64,000 nucleotides of DNA from Phoronis australis (taxonomy: Eukaryota > Animalia > Phoronida). Both the position numbers and the translations under genes were made by a program. The notes beneath the pieces were generated by a model. It was not told the origin of the DNA, ran no database searches, and was given only the letters and a program-made list of their open reading frames with translations. Below are positions 13,301 to 25,100 of this stretch, piece after piece. Numbering within the stretch: the stretch's first letter is position 1; each line of letters opens with the position of its first letter. The stretch is taken from NCBI GenBank assembly GCA_002633005.1, contig NMRA01000458.1, positions 296,872 to 360,871 on the forward strand. The letters run 5' to 3'.

Positions 13301-14424
13301 TTATCTAAAATTGAATGATTTGTTGGCATTAACATTTCAGATCCTGGCACTTGGTAATCAAGTTGGAAAGTTATACGTATGGGACATAGATGTGGACCAT
13401 CCTGGTCAAATAAGGTCAGTAAGAAGTATTCGGGCTACGTAAACTTACCAACTGGCCAGTACGTGGCCCTGTTGTATATTCAGTTCTTTACTTGTCAACA
13501 GTATTACCAAATCTTGATTTCAAACATTTCTTTTGTGTCTCGTCTCGTGTCATTCATGTGCAAAGTTTTCAGTGTTTGAAGAAAGTTGCCATGTATTAGC
13601 AAAATTTTTGCCACATAAAGCAAGTATTGGTGAAAGGTTGTATCAACAGAAAATCACTGCTTTGGTACCCATTTTATCATTTGGAAATGGTTTCTTTAAA
13701 TCTTTCACCGCGAAGTTTTTTAGAACTGCATTCCCCTGGGCCGATACATAGAACACATGTAGTCAATAAAATGTTGTGAGTTAATTGTTTGTAGATTTTA
13801 CGAAACCTTCAGAGTAAAATAATATTCATGAAATGTGGCACCATATATCAAAGCAGGTATTCGTTCGGTAAAGTATTCAAGACTTGAAGATAATTATCTT
13901 GTATCTACGGTCAATGAAGATTTTTGCTTAAAGTACATACCTCTGCATGCCTCAGTTAGGGCAGGGAAACGCTCCAGATGTTGCTACATAAATGGAAAAG
14001 CTCAGCAAGCAATCTTAATTTGCATTTAGAATTTGATATAACTGTATTCGGGTCAATTGGTAATAAACTGCAAGACTGGACTAGCGCCCAACATGCCGAT
14101 GGTGTGTTTGGCAGTGAATGGATAAGTGGCCAAAAGGCGCGCTTGGCAGGTATAAAGGAGTTGAGCACGTGCTCATAGAAAATGACCTTGTCTCTAGAAA
14201 CATCATTTGACTTGAAATCAAGTTGTGTTCCGAGTCTTCAATTACTTTTCCACTTAGAGTTGTGTTGGTATAGTCTAATTTCTTCTCACCTTTTCAGATG
14301 CACTGTATTAGGTAATGCCAAGTGTACAACACCCATCCGTCAAACATGTCTAAGCAGAGATGGGAGCATATTATTGGCTGTGTGTGATGACTCAACTCTG
14401 TGGAGGTGGGACAGAGTAAAATAA
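1359..14424 (+). CDS. EED: Polycomb protein EED/ESC (PRC2 WD40 subunit), 11 coding exons, 422 aa
   Basis: Exons 1359-1433, 4112-4255, 5754-5912, 6945-7067, 7722-7803, 8845-8936, 9610-9743, 10684-10789, 11945-12097, 13341-13414, 14298-14424. All introns are GT-AG and phase-compatible; total 1269 nt. Translation has EED hallmarks: [118 protein letters not shown]. The exon-2 start is ambiguous because of the tandem acceptor array. Confidence 0.97.
3572..4135 (+). repeat. 48-bp minisatellite made of the EED intron1/exon2 junction (10 in-register units plus 2 degenerate upstream units)
   Basis: Unit cttgcaG|GATGAATGTTCCTGTCTATCTAGCTATTATCCATATTGTCA. Exon-start equivalents at 3680, 3728, 3776, 3824, 3872, 3920, 3968, 4016, 4064 and 4112. 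ORF 3671-4264 runs through the array into EED exon 2. Confidence 0.95.
5913..6944 (+). other. U12-type (minor spliceosome) GT-AG intron, EED intron 3
   Basis: 5' splice site GTATCCTT at 5913. Branch-like TTTCTTTGAC at 6923-6932, with the A 13 nt before the 3' splice site. Confidence 0.85.
7516..7639. repeat. 40-bp tandem repeat x3 in EED intron 4
   Basis: tttctgtaaatgttatctccagttatcaaagatgtcacca repeated three times. Confidence 0.95.
8665..8819. repeat. 50-bp tandem repeat x3 in EED intron 5, just upstream of exon 6
   Basis: taactatcagttctgtgattg..gtgttttagaatgtc units at 8665, 8715, 8765. Confidence 0.95.
12119..12195. repeat. 28-bp tandem repeat x2.5 in EED intron 9
   Basis: ttgtgttccgggggtgYactcctgttca repeated. 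Confidence 0.85.
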
Positions 14425-15020
14425 TGGGACGTCTTTGTAATGTGATTGACAATTTCTGGAAGCAACTCCGACATCATCAGTGCTGTAAGAGATAATTCTG
14501 GAAAGGACTAAAGTGTTCCAGCAACACGAGGATCTGGATTATTGTGCAATTATGTCAGGGTGCAGTTTGTTTTGTACCAGAGTTAATTTAGCTTCTTATC
14601 TATGAATCGGGTCATGATCAGTAACGATGCAAGGTAGCGTCCACTAATTGAAAATCATATGCTGTTGTCTAAAAATCATTTTTGTTCACAATATACTTTG
14701 TATAGTAATATTGTGTTTTACATGTTACTGGAACACTGAGGAAATTGTCCACATTCAGGTGTTTCTTTAATATTTACAAAAGGAGTCACTCATTTTTTGG
14801 CTACAAGGAGTCACTCATTTTATGGCTACCCTTTTGAAATTTCAAGTCTGTGGTAGATCATTTACAGGCGTTTCAATTTTTGGCGCATATTCCTATAAAG
14901 TCCTGTGTTTGGGTAGAATTTGCAAGCATATGCTTTCATAGTTTATGGATTAGGCAATCACCTTTTTATTTACCTTCAAACAACGGAGAAATTGACCATA
15001 AAAAGAATTTGAGCATCGTT

Positions 15021-15026
15021 AATAAA
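15021..15026 (+). terminator. Candidate polyadenylation signal for EED
   Basis: AATAAA about 600 nt downstream of the EED stop codon. Confidence 0.4.
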
Positions 15027-17631
15027 GGATTTTTAAATCTGTCCTAATATCTCCATGTTAGAGGTTAAATCAATAACTGAATATAACTTTCTTTGTTCAG
15101 TGACCACAAACATTCTTAAACCGGAAGTTGCTTGCATTCTTACAAGACTTGTTCAAAACTGAAAATGGCAGTTACATGGTTATGAGGTTATATGTGGTGG
15201 ATTTATATTTAAGACTCGGTGACGGGCAGTTAAAAAGTTAATATCATGTGGCATCATTTGTAAGGTTCCATGAAGGTTGGCAACTGTGGTTGGGATCTGT
15301 GGTTCTTCCCCCACCAGGCCATCATACTTGTTTTGTGAAACTTGTAACTCTGTCAGATACTTGTTGCCAGCTTGCTTCGTGAATGAAGGAAATCTTTGAT
15401 CAAATGAACAATGACAAGTTTCTTTCAAAATTACCCTTTATTCACGGTGATAAAGCAGTCGAAAATTGCTTCCCAAGCCATAGCGAGTTAAAATATTTCC
15501 ATAACTTAAGAGTTAAATCATAGTAACACACTTTATATCCAAAAATCAAGTTTGTTAGAATATAGAAATATAAATTTGTAGTCTTAAACTGGAGGCAGAA
15601 TTCCACAAAGAAAACGGACTTGACAGAAACAATAATTTTCTAACATGCTTTTCACAGGATTGTGTGTCTTTTGACTATACATTCGATGGTGTGGTTGCTT
15701 CAAACACTGCTCCATATGTACTACTACACATACTGTATTATGGCATTAGAAAACTGAACTAGGTCTGAATACATAAAACAATAAGCACAAAACAAGTGGT
15801 TACATGTTAGATTTGTATGGCACCCTAGATACGATAAAATGAGTATCTGAAGCAGTAAGTACAATTTCTTTAAGTAGTAAAAACAAAAATGATCAATACA
15901 ATTATGACAATGTCTTCAAATACAGCAATACTGCATATCTAATTAACTGTTTAATTAGACATTCAATAACTTTAGGCATACTTTGTATAAGAACATTTTA
16001 TGCAGTGTTGATATGCGCACAAAATACACCACAAATGGTACGTTTCTGGGAGTTCTCAATGAAACCCATGTCAGGTACAAAGAGACAATTTGACCACAAG
16101 GATCGTCCGATGCGACGTGAACCACTTAGAATCAGTAGCAATGGCTGCTGACAAAAGTGATATAATCACAGTTCTTAAAAATAACACCAAATCAAAAAAG
16201 TTTGAAAAATGAAGAGTAATCACCATTTGCAACCAAGGTATGCAGTACATGCCATTCAAATACAAGCAGGTCAAGTCTACTTCTTAACAAACCAGAGGTT
16301 TGAGAGATACAAAGATAACTGCACAAAACAGCAACAGCACTAAATGGATGTAAAATATTAAATACATGGCACAATAAAAATACAAAAACATCACAAGTAA
16401 ACGTTTTATAAGGACAACACATGATCATGCAAGTCTGCAAGATATCTGCAACTGAATCGATTAGACTACCTTTTCCTTAGAGTGTCTTAAGTGTAAGGAA
16501 CAACTCTGAATAGGCTTTGAGTAACTTTGACATATCAGACAATACCATGAACTAAAACTGACATGCTGTTGTAAATGACAACGGGATATGGCCGTCACTC
16601 CATATGTGCCCCCCTTTGCCGGGCTGGGCAGTAAAAGCCAACCTCCACCAAAATTCATACCAGTGAAGTAATATTCAACTAGTGCTGAACTATTCATGGC
16701 AACTTGTGACACAATCACAAGGATTCACCTCAACGTCTACTAAACAAAAATCTCAATCATGGAGGTATGAAAATACATATGGATAATTCGTAGTAATGTT
16801 CTAACAATTAGTGATCTGGTCCAGAAGTCTTATGAGATCAGGAGAGACTTTGAAACAAGCATACAAAGGTGAAACTGGGAGGTTTTAATAGAATAAACAA
16901 AACAAGCACGAATGGGTTCAAACAGTACCAGACAGTATACATATGTGTGTGTGTGTGCGGGCGTGCATTTTTTAACGGGAACATACTGGCTGGTTACTTT
17001 TAACTAAAAAGACTTTTATTTTATATTTTAGTACAGATTAGATAGCTATTCCTCCATGTTTATCAGGTTCTCTTTTGACATGTGGCAGATTTGAAAATTT
17101 GAAGAAGAATTGCCAGCCAATGGGTTTTCTGTCCTTTGCATTTCTTCTGTCTATTTGCAACAGAAACGAAACCTGTCTACAAGCTTTTAGCTAGGCGACA
17201 TTTGTGGCTGCATCTAAAGGTGGTTGAGATGCTATGCGACAAGATCGTCTGGGCCTGCTGGAGTTCAGCGCCATCCTGGAAGGATGTTATGTAAGTAGCT
17301 CTAGAATTGCTCTTACACTTTTAATTCAAACCTGCCTTGGCCACATTAAGTACAGCAGTTGGTGTAGTTGGCGACTATTTTAAGCGTTAGAGAAGCGTAC
17401 ATGACCTTTAATGGTTGCGGGAACAAAGTTTTCTTTGACTTATTTTCTCGTGTCTGTTTTCACAGCCACGTGCATCACTGCTTTTGCAGTGACCGAGTTA
17501 AGGTTTCAATAAGCAAAGAATAGAGTTGGTAGTGAATTGCCTGAGGAATTGTAATTATTTTGTGAATTGTATGTAGAATACGTAGTTATTGCTTTAATTC
17601 TGAATATATAAGACCTTTATAGGTTAGAACA

Positions 17632-19657
17632 AAGATGATTCTGAAATGCAGCAGGAAGTTTTTAAAGTGATATGTGACATTTTGATAGAATTGGCAAGGA
17701 AGTACAGCCGATCTTCAAAGTGTTAAGTTGGAATTATTATGACAAGTTTCAGAAGTGATACAAATTCATATTTCACTAAGCGATTTTTTTAGAGCCTGAT
17801 GTGCATGAAAGGATTTTCTAGAGGTTCTTATGCCTTTATAAGACAATAACGATGCAAAAGGATGAAACAGACCTTGACTAAGTATTGAAGACAAAATTAC
17901 ACCAAGGTATTCATTTCATATACAACTTTTTTAAAGAGATTAAAGAAAACAGCCTACAACGAATGGATTTACCACATGATCTAGGGATACAGAATTGGAA
18001 GATAACATTGACTAGCTGCCGATATACCAAGGGAAATGCAACAGATGTTTGAAGGGTTTCATGGTGAATTCTATGTGTATAAAACTCACAAGAGTAGATT
18101 ATGTAGTACTACTGGACACAAAGAAACATGTCGTTCACAGTTCGTGAGACGCATGTTTTGTGAATGGACATTATCGAAGTTCCTGTGAAGTAAGGAAGTA
18201 AAAAGCTTCCATGATTTGAAAAGATATGATTGACATTAAATTGCTCCTAGATAAACATCCTAAGAATTTCCATCAATGCCTGATGGTTTTCTTTGAAGAC
18301 AATCTGCTCGTCGTGGGCTGCAGATTATTTGTTACATAAAAAGACACATCTTAAAATAAATTCCACTTTTTCAGAAATTCAACCGTGTGCATACACTTTT
18401 GAGATAGGCATTTGAACTGCTACAAGGGGTACACATTTCAAGAGGGAACAGCCATTTCTGGAATAACAAAGTTGTGTAAGCCATGATTAAAGAACCTCAG
18501 CAAAGTGGAACTAAGAGAAGCATTGTGGGTAAATGATGCGAGATTCAAACATCACAATATCATCTGGAACTGTCCTATAGGTTGTCCCATTTAAATGAGT
18601 ACTAGTACTCAAAATGAGAATGAGATTTTAACAGCAACTAAAAGATTTTAAGAAAAGTTGGAAGGAAAAACTAGGGAGATTGAAAATCTGATCTGTAATA
18701 AATTTCAGGAGATGTCCAACAAAATTATTAATCTTGAGAAAGAAAACCATGATCTAAACGAACAGCTGAGAAAGCAGAGACAACATGAAAAAAACATCTA
18801 TGAGTTATGCAGATTCTGTAAAATGAGGTGATGAGTCCTCATGGAATAAAACTTATGCAAAAGAGAAAGCAGAGAATATTGTTAAGAACTTGAGTATTTA
18901 AAGCAGTTGATGATGACAACCAAGACAAAGTCATGAGAACGTAAATGAGCCTATAAAGAATATAAATCGGTAAATAAAACAACAAGAATGGATCAACTGA
19001 AATTTGAAATTTTCGGAGGTAACAACTTCCTTTATCAACAAAAACAGAAATAAAGTAAAATCAAACACGAAATGACAATTGACATATAAGATATGGTGTA
19101 ATGAAAATGATACCTTTTTGCGTAAAAAATTCAATGACATATTTTAAGTTTTAAAGAAAAAATGTAGAAGAATTCAAATGGATAAAAAAACATTTGAATC
19201 GATAGGAAATGTTCCTAAGGTTGGAGATAGCAACTTCAAAGCATTATTATACGACAAAGAGATGTCTCAGTGGGCAGACAAAAAAATCATCTAGAGAATT
19301 ATGGATGGCAGAAGTGCTACTCAATAATGTAAGATGTATCGACAAACAATAGTTAAAACTGTTACTCTTCAATTTGGTAGAAACGACCTTGCAAATGCTG
19401 CCTCAAGAATAGAAAGATGATTGTGAAATGCAGCATGAAGTTTTTAAAGTGATCTGTGGCACTTTGATAGAATTAGCAAGGAAATACAGCCAATCTTCAA
19501 AGTGTTAAGTTGGAATTATTATGCCAAGTTTCAGAAGCGATACAAATCCATATTTCATTAAGCGATTTTTTTTAGATGTGTATGAAAGAGAGATTTTCTA
19601 GAGGTTCTTAGGCCTTTATAAGACAATAATGATGCAAAAGGATGAAACAGACCTTGA
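17632..19657 (+). mobile_element. Degenerate coiled-coil + SGNH/GDSL-esterase ORF1-like repeat module (rearranged tandem copies)
   Basis: 17632-18520 matches 29920-30782, and 18637-19657 matches 29343-30159. Translates with stops and frameshifts to a coiled coil, VGDSNFKA (SGNH block I) and LQFGRNDL (block III), as in esterase-bearing ORF1s of non-LTR retroelements. Confidence 0.6.
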
Positions 19658-19719
19658 AAGAAATCGGAATCTTGTTAGTTGTTTGACGGTATTGGATTTT
19701 TTACATTGTTTACATTGTA

Positions 19720-20853
19720 GATTTGCAATATGGAGTTGTAACAAAATCTATTGGATGTCAAACTTCTTGGCATGTGTAAGTGTTGGACGAGGACAGAGAT
19801 TAGGAAGAGCCATCCATCTCCTTTTGCCCAGAACCTGAATATGACCCTGAGGAAGACGAGGACATAGACGCGATTGACTGCGAGGAGAACCCAAAGGACC
19901 CAGACTATGAACCCGAGGAAGAGTCTAGTGATGATGAGATCTGATGTCTGATGAGGAGAGCGTTCATCCCAGGTATATACTATTATAATCAAACAGTGAT
20001 CTAAACATCTTTTGGTGCATGATATCACCAGTGTTTGATTTACCAAAAATAATATACCAGTATCCCCAAATTAGCATAAGTGTCCAAAAATTGCCATTTT
20101 TTACAAATTGTGTTTGCAACATGTTGTAGATGTCTTGGTTAAATTTGCAGAATACTTTTCTGTGCACCACGAGTATCTGATATAGTTTTCTCAACTGAAG
20201 TGGCAATTCACAATACAGTATGAAATTGACATTGTTACGGTAATAAAATGTCTGAGTAGAAAAAGTCCATCTAAGCAGATTTCATTACAGTGAAATTGAC
20301 ATTTATATGTTGCCATTTTTTTGCTTTCAGTAAATCACCCTCCCAGGAACGCAAGTTCATCATATTTGAATCCTGTCTTCTAAAGTTCTTCACAATATGT
20401 ATGACGTGCAGCAGTGATGGTGCCCAAGGAATCGTTAGCCATGTTGTGGGCACAATGGTGTGTATCTCTCAGTATTGTGAGTTGTGTGATGCAACAAGCC
20501 ACTGGGCCAGCCAGCCACTCATTGGTGAAACCTACGCGGGAAATACATTGTGGTTAGCTGCCATCTTCTTTTCCCGAAACCCGCCAACCAAGACCTTGAG
20601 GTTGCTGAAATTTATGGGGCTTCAGGCTTACAGTGGGGCCACCTACTTTAATCACCAGAGAAACTATCTTCACCAAGCGATTCGGAAGATGTTCTGACAG
20701 CAGCAGGACAAATACTTCGCCTCAGTGCAAGATATACCAATTGACCTGGCTGGGGATGCCCTGTGCAATTCCATGGGTCACTCGGCTAAATTCAGAAGCT
20801 ACATGGTGATAGATGTAACTCGTAACACAGTTGTTGATGTCCAGTTAGTCCAG
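19720..20853 (+). pseudogene. Kolobok-like (THAP-associated family) DDE transposase fragment, intron-containing
   Basis: Acidic linker (SIGCQT...DPDYEPEEESSD), then exon 20331-20853: KFIIFESCLLKFFTICMTC...WASQP..AGN..AAIFFS...TYFNHQRNYL...LAGDALCNSMGHSAKF...VVDVQLVQ, a variant of the GDGRxDSPGHSAKY motif. In-frame TGA at 20695; C-terminal half missing. Superfamily assignment is from memory of the motif. Confidence 0.65.
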
Positions 20854-20872
20854 CTGAGTAGAAAATCTAGTA

Positions 20873-21371
20873 CCGTATTCGCCCTAATAAGCGCCCAGGG
20901 CACTCAGAAAAATTCATTTCAGAAAGGGGGGCACTTATTATAACCCAAAAGTGGGTAAAACCCGGTCTCCAAAACAGGTAAAATCGTAAGCTAGAATTCA
21001 TCAAATTTACGATCTGTGACTCATCAGTAACCTATGACAGAGTTTCTAAAATATTGCAGTGCATTGCTATCAAACTTTGTTGTTCAATTAAAAGCATTTT
21101 TCAGAAAATCCCAGTGCGAAAACTCGCCCACTGAAAGGTCAACTTGAATTCTTGAGGAAAAATATAGTTTCAATTCAACAAACTACCTGAAGTCCTCCTT
21201 AAGTTTTTAAAATAGCGTCCCGAAGATTTTTAAGGTCCTGTGGAGTCGGGATTAACAGCAACAAGAGAAAAATCTCTGGACGAACACACGTTGTCACATG
21301 ATGTCACATGATATTTGTTTTGAACTTCAGCTGCGCATTGTGTGAGGGGGCGTTCATTAGGGCGAATACAG
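20873..21371. mobile_element. Tc1/mariner-pogo-type MITE
   Basis: TIRs CCGTATTCGCCCTAATAAGCGCCC ... GGGCGTTCATTAGGGCGAATACAG, flanked by TA on both sides, no ORF. Confidence 0.85.
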
Positions 21372-21438
21372 TAGTCTTTTCGTGACTGAACTTCAAAAAG
21401 ACTGGCAAGTGAATTGATGTGAATAAACAACACAGTTA

Positions 21439-21738
21439 GTCATGAGAATGTAAATGAGCTTATAAAGAAAAAATGTGCAAAAATTCAAATGAATAAAACA
21501 TTTGAATCGATAGGAAATGTTCCTTTGGTTGGAGATAGCAACTTCAAAGCATTATTATACTACAAAGAGATGTCTCAGTGAGCAGACAAGAACAACATCA
21601 TCAAAAGAATTATACATGGCATAAGTGCTACTCAAGAATGTGAGAGGTATCGACATACAATAGTTAAAACTGTTACTCTTCAATTTGGTAGAAATGACCT
21701 TGCAAATGCTGCCTCAAGAATAGAAAGATGATTCTGAT
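21439..21738 (+). repeat. Third partial copy of the SGNH-esterase ORF1-like module
   Basis: Matches 19155-19425 and 29640-29930 (gttggagatagcaacttcaaagc..ggtagaaatgaccttgc). Confidence 0.8.
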
Positions 21739-22159
21739 AAATACTTAATCTTTGGTGAGGCTAACAAGTTTAGTTATTCAAACACGTTGTCAAGGCTTCA
21801 AAATCTTCCCTTCTGCCAAATTCGAGATTCAAGGTTTAGTTTATAAAATTTGATAGCAATTTCTTTATAAATTTAAATAATTACGATTCGAAATTTTTTT
21901 TAAAATTTTTATACGTCATCTTTTTCATACTATTTTTGCTTATTTTAGACTAGACAACATCCATAGAGAAGGGATGCCACAAGATCTTCGGAATCTCGTG
22001 GTAAGTTGGAATGCAACAAAGCCTTTTTGTAGCATTCAAGTGCAAAAAATGCTGGATTTTTCTTATAATTTCGTCGAATATTGACTCGCTTTGTTGGCAA
22101 ACTTAAGCTGTTTATTAATTATTTCACTCTGGAAGTGACGATCTACAACTTATTCTTTC

Positions 22160-25100
22160 AGAATCTCTCTTCACAAGACAGTTCGTGTGTTTGGAGAAAA
22201 CGGACACCGATCTTGTCCCAACCACCACGCAAAAAATCTGTTAGGCCCGCTACGGCATGGAAGAGAAAACAATTCAGTTTTCAAAAAAGGATGTCGACCA
22301 TGTCAAGGAAAAATTGCATGAGTAAGTTTATCTGTCACGTGCGCTTATTCCAAGGGAATGTGACTGCATATTTTCTTTACGGATGAAAATAACTATTTGA
22401 AAAATCTGTGCTTCTATTTTGCACACATTTATACCAAAGTCACTAAAATATAATGTTTGAAAATTGTTTATCTTTATTTTAGAACTTTCTCTGCTTAACA
22501 AGATGCCCATGGTTTTGAACTGCTCATCACCGCAAGTGGTTCACGCTCCAAATTACAAGTTGTTCACTGCGGATCGTGTGGTGTGGACAAAATGAAACAG
22601 TTTGTTTCCAGGCGAATTTACATTCGACCTATTCAAAGATGCCTCAGGATGACCCAGCCCCATGAAGAGGACAAGGACAGAGAAAAATGCATCAGATGCC
22701 AACACGAATTTCCTGTTTCACGATTACGGAGCCATCTGAGACTGTGCGCAGTATTAGTAAGTACATGTAACATAAAGCCGAGTGCACACGACATGTCGAT
22801 TTGATTTTCATATAATATAAAAGGATTGAACCTATGTGGGCGTCATCACCGTCTCACTGAAATAGACTAAATTCCCCAATGATTCGGGGCTCTCCCCTAA
22901 GAGGTTGGTAGGGATGTACCCTCTCAGGCTTCCCGGTATCGTCTCTGATTAATAAGCAAAACTATGGAGGACCGGTTGACTGGTGACTTCATCATTTGGT
23001 ATTGTCTTGGGTGCCCATATTGCTAGTCGCCCAGGTGTAATGTTGGTCATGATTTTGAAAGTGCGATGGAGTCCCCTTCCCAGTCTGTGTAGGGGCGCTC
23101 CTTACGCCATCGCCTCTATCATCACAAGCCGGCATACTTCATATCCACGTTTATTTAATGAAGAGCTTTTGTACTGAAACACATTATGCTGTACATAGAA
23201 ATGGAAGTTCAAGAAATTATTTCATTTCAATATGCAAGACCCATCTGTAAAGCATGCTTTCTATGCATTAGGGCCCTCTGCAGTAAATTGATTATGCGGT
23301 ATATGTAATTGGTTCTAACCCAAAAGACAGCTTTGTAAACAAAAAATGACAGACAAACAGAGAACTTTGGCCAACAGTAAACCATGGCTGTGCTGCTAAT
23401 CTCACATTTTGTTAGAGATAGATATAGATCTCATGCTTATGAAAAGTTTTAAATACTATGTTCTAATAGCTTTCACAGTTTTATGAAGCTTGCTCACTCC
23501 AACGTGGCTTTCTTCCTAGTCATCAACTGAAGTCACAGATTTTAAAGCATGGGCGTCTGAATGGAATGGATTGAGTGCCATTACTAAAAAGCAGTATAAG
23601 GAGAAGGCTCAGTCCAGTCAGCAACTTCAGAACTCACCGAAAACCACAACGAAGCAACTGACTATGTTGAAATCTGTGGTGAGTTTTATATCTGGACACT
23701 AAGGGTAGTCAGTAAAGCGGGGACCTGTAAGCAAGATAGCTATTGTACATTTTTGCTTCTAAAATCACTACATGACGATTTTCTGTGTTCGTTCCCTTTC
23801 GTATAGTCACTTCCTTAGTTTCATTTGTTCGTTCTCTAAATTCTTCTAATTTGAGCTGTTATACTGGAACAGACATTTTCTATCAAGCCAGGTCCCGCTA
23901 ATGAATATTGGGCACTTAAGAGCACAAAGTTAACACATTGTCTGAGCAGATTGGTTGTTAGAACTTTAGTCTATTCTGGCACTTAAGACCAGTTAAAAAC
24001 CTCACAGCCAACTTGTTAATAACATATTCATTACTTCACCTTAGGGTTAACAACATGCAGACATAGGTTGCGCAACATAACAGGTGCAATGTACACTTAA
24101 GATAATGCAACTGTAGCTTCTGGCACATTTTGAGTAATATCAGTACCACCCATTGTTTAGATTATGTTATTATGTTTAGGTGGAAGCTCTCAAAAAGGTC
24201 GGTGTGGTTTGTGGTGGCATTGTCTATGAAGTAGACAAGGAATTGCCAACAGTGTTTTTCAACGAGCATCACGTTTTAACAGGATTCTGTAGTCTGTTTG
24301 ACCAAGGTAATGTGTTTGTTGTGTTTCTGTGCCCTGTTATTTAACCATGCATTTATTTCATGTATTTGTCAGTGCTCTCATTTTTGTTGTCTGTAGTTAA
24401 TTTTTCTTTTCTCGAAATGCAACTATTTAATGCTTCAGACAGACAAAAATCTGCAACCTTAATTATGCTATAGATAAACTAAGTTTGAAGTACTTTTACT
24501 TGCAAATGCACACCCAGAAGTACTAAAATTGGGTTATAGTGTAATACATCAACTAAAGATAATGTTGAAAGTTTTTTTATTTAACTGCTTGCTTGCACTT
24601 GTAACATGAACATTTTTATTTCGCTGACAGATAAGCCACGGATGGTTGAAGACAGGCACGCTCAAGATCCAAAGATTTTCAACGATGAGTTCTGTAGGTA
24701 GCTTAATATTTCTATTTTGCTTTGTTATCTTAAGTGGTCTTATTTGTACTTCTAAATTAGAGACAAAATATCTTTTGAGAAGGACTATAAAGCCATTTTT
24801 AGTCCATTGCAATTATCATTTTTAGTAGAAGATTTTGCTACATTACAGAGAACAAATGGTTTTCAATGAATTGTTGCTGCATGAAATTAACTTACATTTC
24901 CTGGTACTTGTTTCAGCGAGAGCAGTCTGAAAACATCAAAAAGTGCCCTACAAGCAGCTGGGGAAAACATTGGAGGTCCAACATAATTTGGGAGAGGGGA
25001 TTTTCTTTAAGAGGCCAGGTGCCTATGGCATAAAAACACTGGAAAAGATTATCACTTTCCACAGAGAAAGTGGTGTGGAACTGAGTGTAAAGAGGTGGGT